64,000 nucleotides of DNA from the NCBI RefSeq assembly GCF_009914755.1, contig NC_060930.1. One strand, written 5' to 3'. Shown piece by piece: positions 51,951 to 64,000 of this stretch. The DNA comes from the human T2T-CHM13v2.0 reference genome, Homo sapiens. Every line of letters starts with the position of its first letter. Positions within the stretch are counted from its first letter, which is position 1. A program made the translations under genes and the position numbers. The notes under the pieces are model-generated. The model searched no databases. It saw nothing but the letters and a program-made list of their open reading frames with translations, and was not told the DNA's origin.

Positions 51951-52951
51951 CAAGGATGATGTTTAATACTCAACAACACAGGACCGAGTCCTAAAGATAA
52001 GACCGTTAATTAATTTCAGACTGTAGCATAAGAGGCCAGGAGGAGGATAGGGTTGGGCCAAGCATAAACTAAACAGAAGAAGCAAAGATCTCCATTGACA
52101 TGGTGATAGACCAGGAAAGAGTTCTAGATAAGTTAGTGCCATATAGCTGTAGTTTAGTCAGAATGTGTCCAATGCTAAATAGGCCAGAACAACGGGATAG
52201 CCTGCTCAGACTTTATGGGCTGAAACACTAAGGATAATTCTGAGTGAGTAGAGTCAATGAATTATTCCATTTAGATGTCCTTGCTTTTTGAGAATCACCC
52301 TTAAGACACTCGGACAGCCTAGATCAGTCTTAAAAGGCTTGCTAGTCTTAAAAGGCTTGTTGTGGTTCACCCAGGGATTTCTAGTAGTCATATGAGGGCA
52401 GTAGTTCAGCCAAAAAGAAAAGACCTTTTGCCTTGCTTCTGAGGTTGGAGTCCCTTTTGACTGAGGAGACCCTCTTCTCTGACTCTGACGTCCTTATCTT
52501 CAGTGCTCCTTTACCCTTAGGGGCCAGGGCAGAGATGAGTTGCCCACATCTGGATGTTGCCCAGTTTTAGTATGTAGGCATGGGGATCTCCTTTATGGAA
52601 GATAGTAACCATTGTTTGATGCTGCAGGAAGGCGTAGGAGGAGAAGGAAATTAATTTTTTCATTGGGTGAAAGGCATAGCTAGGAAAAAAAGGTTTTGAG
52701 CTTTCTAGAATCCTTAAACCTGGACCTTTGATACATAATAAAATTTGAAAATGTTGAATTTGAAAATGTGTGTATTTCTTAAATCCAATATGCTCACTTA
52801 GTGGAGAGGGGCATTGGCGATAGATATGTGCATGAATGTCTTCCTTTTTTTTAGTTTGCTTTTTGCAGTAGGAATATGTGCCTCATTGTGCTTATCTTAC
52901 ACATGATTTAGTATTCTAATCATTTACAAGGCTATACTTTTGTTGAGTTTT

Positions 52952-53083
52952 TACTTTATTTTTAATTTTTATTTTTTGTAGAGACGGGGTCTCCCTATGT
53001 CCAGGCTGGTCTTAAATTCCTGGGCTCTTGCCTCAGCCTCCCAAAGTGCTGGGATTACAGGTGTGAGCCACTGTGCCCGGCCT
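52952..53083 (-). mobile_element. Alu left monomer / FLAM
   Basis: Monomeric antisense Alu. Confidence 0.85.
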
Positions 53084-53784
53084 GGGTTTTAAATTCTTTT
53101 AAAATATACTTTAGGTTCACCAGTTCTTAGAATTTGGCCCATGGATCCCTGGTGGTCCTTTAGATACTTTTAGGGGGTCAGCGAGGACAAAACTATTTTT
53201 ATAAAAATAATAAGACATTATTTGTCTTTTCCATTGGGTTAACATTTACATGCAAAAGCAATGGTGAATAAAACTGTGTATGGCCAGTATGAATCTAGAC
53301 AGTTGCAACTAAAAAAAAATTTTTTAAAGGCAGTTTCACGTAAGAATGTTCTTGCTGAGTAGCAAAAATTATTAATTGCGTTTAATCTCAACTTCTGAGT
53401 ATATGTATTTTTAATATTCTGTGTAACAAAAATGGGAGGTATGCTTGAGGCACTTTTGCTGCATATTGAAGTAGGTCGACCCAAAGAAATGTGTTTGCAT
53501 GATTATTTAAGCTGTGAGCTAAAGTAGCCCCTTTCTTCCATGGAACACCATTTTTTCTTGAAGAATGATTGAAGGACAAACTTGTTTTCATACTTGGGTG
53601 TTGACAGGCATTTTCTTGCAAATAAACAAGTAAACCTGTCACAGCAAGTACAACTGACATTATTTACTGCTAATCATAAAATTCAAGCTTTCAAGCAAAA
53701 ATAGAAATTTTGGAAAACTCACATATATTATCAGGTGCTTGACAGAGCACACAGTAGGATAATGAACTTCATTTTCCCAGTTCG

Positions 53785-54210
<426 letters not shown>

Positions 54211-54339
54211 TGAAACCGCTATTGCCTTCAAGATGCTGAACTTTCCATTACTCCTCAAAGTGTCCTTATGTCCCTTGCCAAGCCATACTTAAAGACTTTT
54301 CTAGGGAGATGGGGGTGATATTAATTAATGTGTTTTTAA

Positions 54340-55152
54340 TTGTTGCTGCAAAGGACATGGTTTTGTTCTTTTTTATGTCTGTGTAGTATTCCATGATGTA
54401 TATGTATCCCATTTTCTTAATCCAGTTCACCATTGATGTGTACCTAGGTTGATTCCATGTCTTTGCTATTGTGAATAGCAAGCACAGTGATGAACATATG
54501 AGTGCATGTGTCTTTTAGGTAGAACAATTTATTTTCATCTGGGTGTATACCCAGTAATGGGATTTCTGGGTTGAATGGTAGCTCTGTTTTAAATTCTTTG
54601 AGAAATCTCCAAACTGCTTTCCACAGTGGCAAAACTAATTCACATTCTCACCAAAAGTATGTAAGTGTTCCCTTTTCTCTGCAGCCTGAGCAGCATCTGT
54701 TGTTTTTTGACTTTTTATTAATAGATATTCTGACTGGTGCGAGATGATATCTCATTGCAGTTTTGATTTGCTTTTCTCTGATGATTACTAATGTGGAGCA
54801 TTTTTTCATATATTTGTTGGTCACTTGTATGTCTTCTTTTGAGAAGTATCTGTTCATGTCCTTTGCCCATTTTTTAATGAGTTTTTTTCTTTTACGTGTT
54901 GATTTAAGTTCCTTACAATTTCTGGAAATTAGACCTTTGTTGGATGCATAGTTTGCAAATATTTTCTCCTGTTCTGTAGGTTGTCTGTTTACTCTGTTGA
55001 TAGTTTTTGCTGTGCAGAAGTCCTTTAATTAGGTCCCACTTGTCAATTTTTGTTTTTGTTGCAATTGCATTTGGGGACTTAGCCAAAAATTCTTTGCCAA
55101 GGCCAATGTTGAGAAGGATATTTCCTAGGTTTTCTTCTAGGATTTTTATAGT
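54340..55152 (-). mobile_element. Older primate L1 (late L1PA/L1PB-like) ORF2 3' fragment
   Basis: Remnants [35 protein letters not shown] and KIDKWDLIK. Confidence 0.9.
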
Positions 55153-56061
55153 ATACATGTTACTATAAAGTCATGCATGGAGAAAAGATCCATTAAAAAT
55201 TCAAGATAGATCAAGAATGTAGAGTATAAAAAGTTCCTTGGTATGTTTTAAGATTCTACATTGCAACTAAACTTGAAGAAACTATAGCTTGTCATGTTTT
55301 GCTATAGTATCAAAGAATATCCACAATTATCTTAATTTAGTAAATGTTTATGAATATAACCCACATAAACTAAAGCTCTAGGTGGATGGGTAGGGGTGTT
55401 GCCAGTCATTTTGAAGAGTATAAAGGAGTCCTGAGGCCAAAAACGTTAAAAGAAACCTCTGCTTTAGTTCATGGGTCCAGGGAAACCATGAAAAAGTGTA
55501 ATCTGTAGATAGTTAACTTAATTTTGATCAGTATTTTCAACACTTTCATAAATTAATTTTGATGGCTATTAAGCTATCTCCATGTTAAATATGAATTGGT
55601 TTGATAACTCTCTAATTTTTTCCCCTCCTTTAATTTCCATTTGAGCATTATGTGGTAAAAATGTAACAAGTATAAAAATGCCCCAGACAGACAGGAGCAT
55701 ATCTATGTGAAATGACTCATTTAAAAATCATCATTATGTGAAATAGATATTATGTAATACAGGAATGTCTCTTGTATGATAGGCAGGACCAAAACATTTG
55801 CGTTTTTTTTTCTTTCTTTGCACAGGCTCACAGAGATATGATTAAGAAAATTTCATCTCTACTTAGACCGATTAAGATGAATTTATTTCAAGCATTTTAG
55901 AAGAGGGAACAGTGAAAAAACAGTTTATTATCTGAGAGAACTGTATACTTTTTTTTCCACTTGAAAACTTAGCAGTTAGAAATTTTCTCTGTTAAAATTA
56001 TGGAGTAATTTATTTAATAAGAGCTGACTACAAGGTATTTATTTATTTTATGACATACAAA

Positions 56062-56192
56062 TTGGGTGACCATATGATTTATCATCTAAATGGTATACTT
56101 TTAAGTGTAAAAGGGGATCTATTACTTACTAGGCTGGGATAAAAGAAGAAAACCAAGACTATCCTGGCTTAACTGGGACTTAGGTCACCCTA
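56062..56192. mobile_element. MER94-like hAT-Blackjack MITE
   Basis: gggtgacc ... ggtcacccta inverted termini, ~130 bp. Confidence 0.75.
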
Positions 56193-56986
56193 CCTAAGAA
56201 AGTATAATGTTCTTGAAAAAGTGGAACCTTTGACTTGCTAAATACTCTAATTCCAGTCTTGTTTCTTTTTGCATCCTAAGTGTGCCCTTTATATGTTTCT
56301 TTGATGAAACATGCCTTCTAAAAAGAAAATGTTTAAAATTTGTTGTTATATGCCCCTAATAAAAATGAAAAGCAACTAATAATTGGAACTCTCAGCTTAC
56401 TTCTTTACATCTGCCAAAGTTAGACGAAGCTTTGGGATAATTAACTGAGAAAATTAATCTTAGTGATGGCTCACTGTATTTTAACTGGTATATCAGCTGT
56501 TAATCCGGATGCTAACACAAAGGGGCAGCTGTGGCTCAGGCTATTTTGAAAATCCAACCGTCTGTTGGTTTCAAACCTTATGATTTATATTAGACATCTT
56601 AGGAACCCTGCATATTAAAGGAGCGGTGCTAAGTTTATCTGAAAAATTAAGCATCACTACTAAAATGATGCAGTAGTAAGGTATTTCACGAGTTATTTGT
56701 GGAGCCTTCAGTTGGAAGTTTATTGTAAAAAATATGAAGGTAAATACTGAATTCCAAATAAACAGGAAAAATAAAACCATGTGAATGAAATTCTTAGTGT
56801 GCAGTCTGGTCAAACAAAGCCATTAACATAATAATGAATTAATAGTTGCCAAAAGTTATGGCTGCCTAGTCCATAACATTGCCTCATTGCCTCTGAACAC
56901 ATTTTTCACCACATTAATCGATGTTTATTAATGTTTTAAAAGTGCTTACCACAGTGCTTGACATACAGTGTTATGAAATCGTTACT

Positions 56987-57245
56987 GGCCGGCCGGTGGC
57001 TCACACCTGTAATCACAGCACCTTGGGAGGCCGAGGTCAGGAGTTAAAAACCAGCCTGGCCAACATGGCAAAACCCTGTCTCTACTAAAAATACGAAAAG
57101 AATTAGCCAGGCAATCCCAGCTACTTGGGAGGCTGAGGCAGGAGAATTGCTTGAACCTGGGAGGCAGAGGTTGCATGAGCTGAGATCACCCCACCGCACT
57201 CTAGTTTGAGGGACAAAGCAAGACTGTCTCAAAAAAAGAAAAAAG
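56987..57245 (+). mobile_element. Alu (AluS-like, two internal deletions)
   Basis: Sense Alu; gttact-ending TSD. Confidence 0.9.
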
Positions 57246-57759
57246 AAAATGTTACTTATTCATATCCATAGCAGTGCTAGTCATATAGAATACTTATTGC
57301 AATGGTATTATTTCCTAACATCAGAACATCAGTTTTCTATTATTTATTATTATTATTTATAATAATAATATTTATTATTAAAGATTTGCATTATTCCTAA
57401 TGCTTTCCTTATTGGCGTGTGATCAACACTGGTGCATTTCAAAAGTAAAGATGCTTATATGTGTGTGTATATATATAACTTTTGCATACAATATTTTATA
57501 TCATAGGTGAAGATAAAAACTTGGTTTAATTTTTTTGACTGGAAAAACAAAGTTGGCAAATCTGTATAATATAGTGTTATTTTAAAAAAACCTGCTAATG
57601 TGGTGAAATCACAATAGACAGACTTATAAAACTCACTAAATTCTTCTCCACTTCAGTGAAACATGGAGGAATTGGAGAGTATGTAGAATAGTAGAAAGAG
57701 ACGGAGAAAGAGCTCAAACTACAGAGGAAAGCATAGTGACCAGAAGTTCCTACAATCAG

Positions 57760-57975
57760 GCAGACCTTATTCTAATGGTCACTGCCACTTCCCAGTTTCC
57801 AGCTGAGCAACTTTTTGCACATTTTTAATGACTCAAAGCCCAGTTACCCCATCAATAAAATGGGCATAATAAAATAGTTGTTATTTCATGAGGACTGAAT
57901 GAGATAATGCATGAAAATCTCTTAGCATCATGCCTGGACATACTCAGTGTTCACTAACTGGTGCCTATTATTATT
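57760..57975 (+). mobile_element. MIR SINE
   Basis: cagttaccccatcaataaaatgggcataata ... tgagataatgcatg ... tgcctggacata. Confidence 0.7.
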
Positions 57976-59321
57976 GTGGTAGAAATGCTACAAACTGTAT
58001 ATAGAATTCTTAAGCCCAGGAAAAACAAGGCTTAAGAGTGACTTATGGTAGGGTTAGTCTAAGAAAATGTCCATTTCATCTTAATCTTACTAGGAGTACA
58101 CTATTCTAGGCATTAGGAAAAACCTTGAACTCTAAAGGATTAAGATACTAGAACAAGGTGTTAAGGGATTTGTAAAATACCTTTACTATCTTTTAAGATG
58201 GAAAAGAGCATATCATTTATGAGGTTATCTAATCTGGAGGTCTGGATTACCTCATGAAGTTTCTTCTGTCATTAGAATTTACGAAACCTCTATTTTGCAT
58301 TAAATTGTATTTTAGTTTTTGTCACAGCTAGACCCTGATTACTATTGGATATCTGATTAATTGGAAGAGAGGTTTTTAAAATCCAATTCAGTTGCACCCT
58401 TTATTGTTATATAGTTACTCTTAAAATATGAATGGGGGTAGTGAAGTATGATTAGTGAGTAAATAGGTCTTGGTTGTCACACTGGCAGAGTGAATTTAGG
58501 ATTCATTGATACTGCCTGAGTTACCAATTCATTCATAGCTCCCTGCTGGCATTTGAAGCATTGCTGACTACTGTGCACATAAAGGCTTCTCCTTTACTTT
58601 AAAACTTCTTCAGTTCAATTTTGGTTATTATAATTTATTTGTGCAACTTATTGAACAGGTATCTATTGAGGGTACCAAGTACCAAGCATTATGATGTGTA
58701 TTTAAGATCAAAGATGGTAGGCAAACACAGCCGTGCTCTCAGAGTTTACTTTGTAGTGGGAAGTCATGCAAACAAACAATTACAATTTAAAGTGGTAATG
58801 ACTGTAATGAAGTTAATGGGAACCAAGTGAAGGTGCTTTTAATGCTGCCAGGGATTGTCAGGACAGGCTGCACAGAAGAGGAAAGTTTTGAACTGAAAAT
58901 GAGAATGTTCAGTGTGGAGGGAGGCAAATGAAAGAGAGATTTTCCAGGCCGAGAAAGCAGCATAAGCGACCCAGTGAAGTCTGTGCAGGGACGTGTAAGT
59001 AATTCACTCTGCACATGAATTACTTATCTTTAAGTAGTTCAGATCTTTTTTTTTTTTCACTTTTAAATATTTTTATTTGCTTTTTATATGTACGCTTTTA
59101 TTTCTATATGTTAACCATTTTCTTCTCTCTCCTGTCCATTTTTATTTTATATGCAAGCTATTAGAAGTTAACTTTACAATTCAGTCTTTTTTTTTTAATG
59201 ATACAACTAGTAATTTATTAAGACCATAAATTCCATTACAGTGACCCTGGTAGGCAACTCTGTAAAGTTTTGGGCTACTTGTCATGTGGTTTTGATTTAT
59301 ATTTGTCTAATGATCAGTGAT

Positions 59322-64000
<4,679 letters not shown>

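Overview
Human/primate, AT-rich, repeat-dense intronic DNA from the middle of AKAP7 (A-kinase anchoring protein 7 / AKAP18, long gamma/delta isoform, + strand). Two internal coding exons are present (23902-24014 and 44102-44249, recalled as exons 6 and 7). They encode the C-terminal half of the 2H-phosphoesterase domain, including the second HxT motif. An antisense, apparently full-length DPF2 processed pseudogene (~7258-9950) splits an old L1M element. The rest is transposon-derived: many Alus, MIR and L1 fragments, MaLR and ERV solo LTRs (including an LTR3-like LTR with a 6-bp TSD), Tigger1, Charlie1, MER47A/B, MER94, a half MADE1, a tailless U6 retrocopy, a twin-primed 5'-inverted L1PA3-like insertion and a long L1PA4-like element running off the right edge. 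The three most notable observations are: (1) two L1 copies of apparently different subfamily, ~33 kb apart, share five non-consensus substitutions in patches, suggesting gene conversion; (2) a 130-codon hydrophobic frame with two stops lies just after the first exon and ends at a strong phase-0 donor compatible with the next exon, suggesting a decayed alternative exon; (3) the two exons total 261 nt and would form a stop-free circle if back-spliced. Repeat subfamily names and exon numbers come from recalled consensus sequences and annotation, not from a database search.
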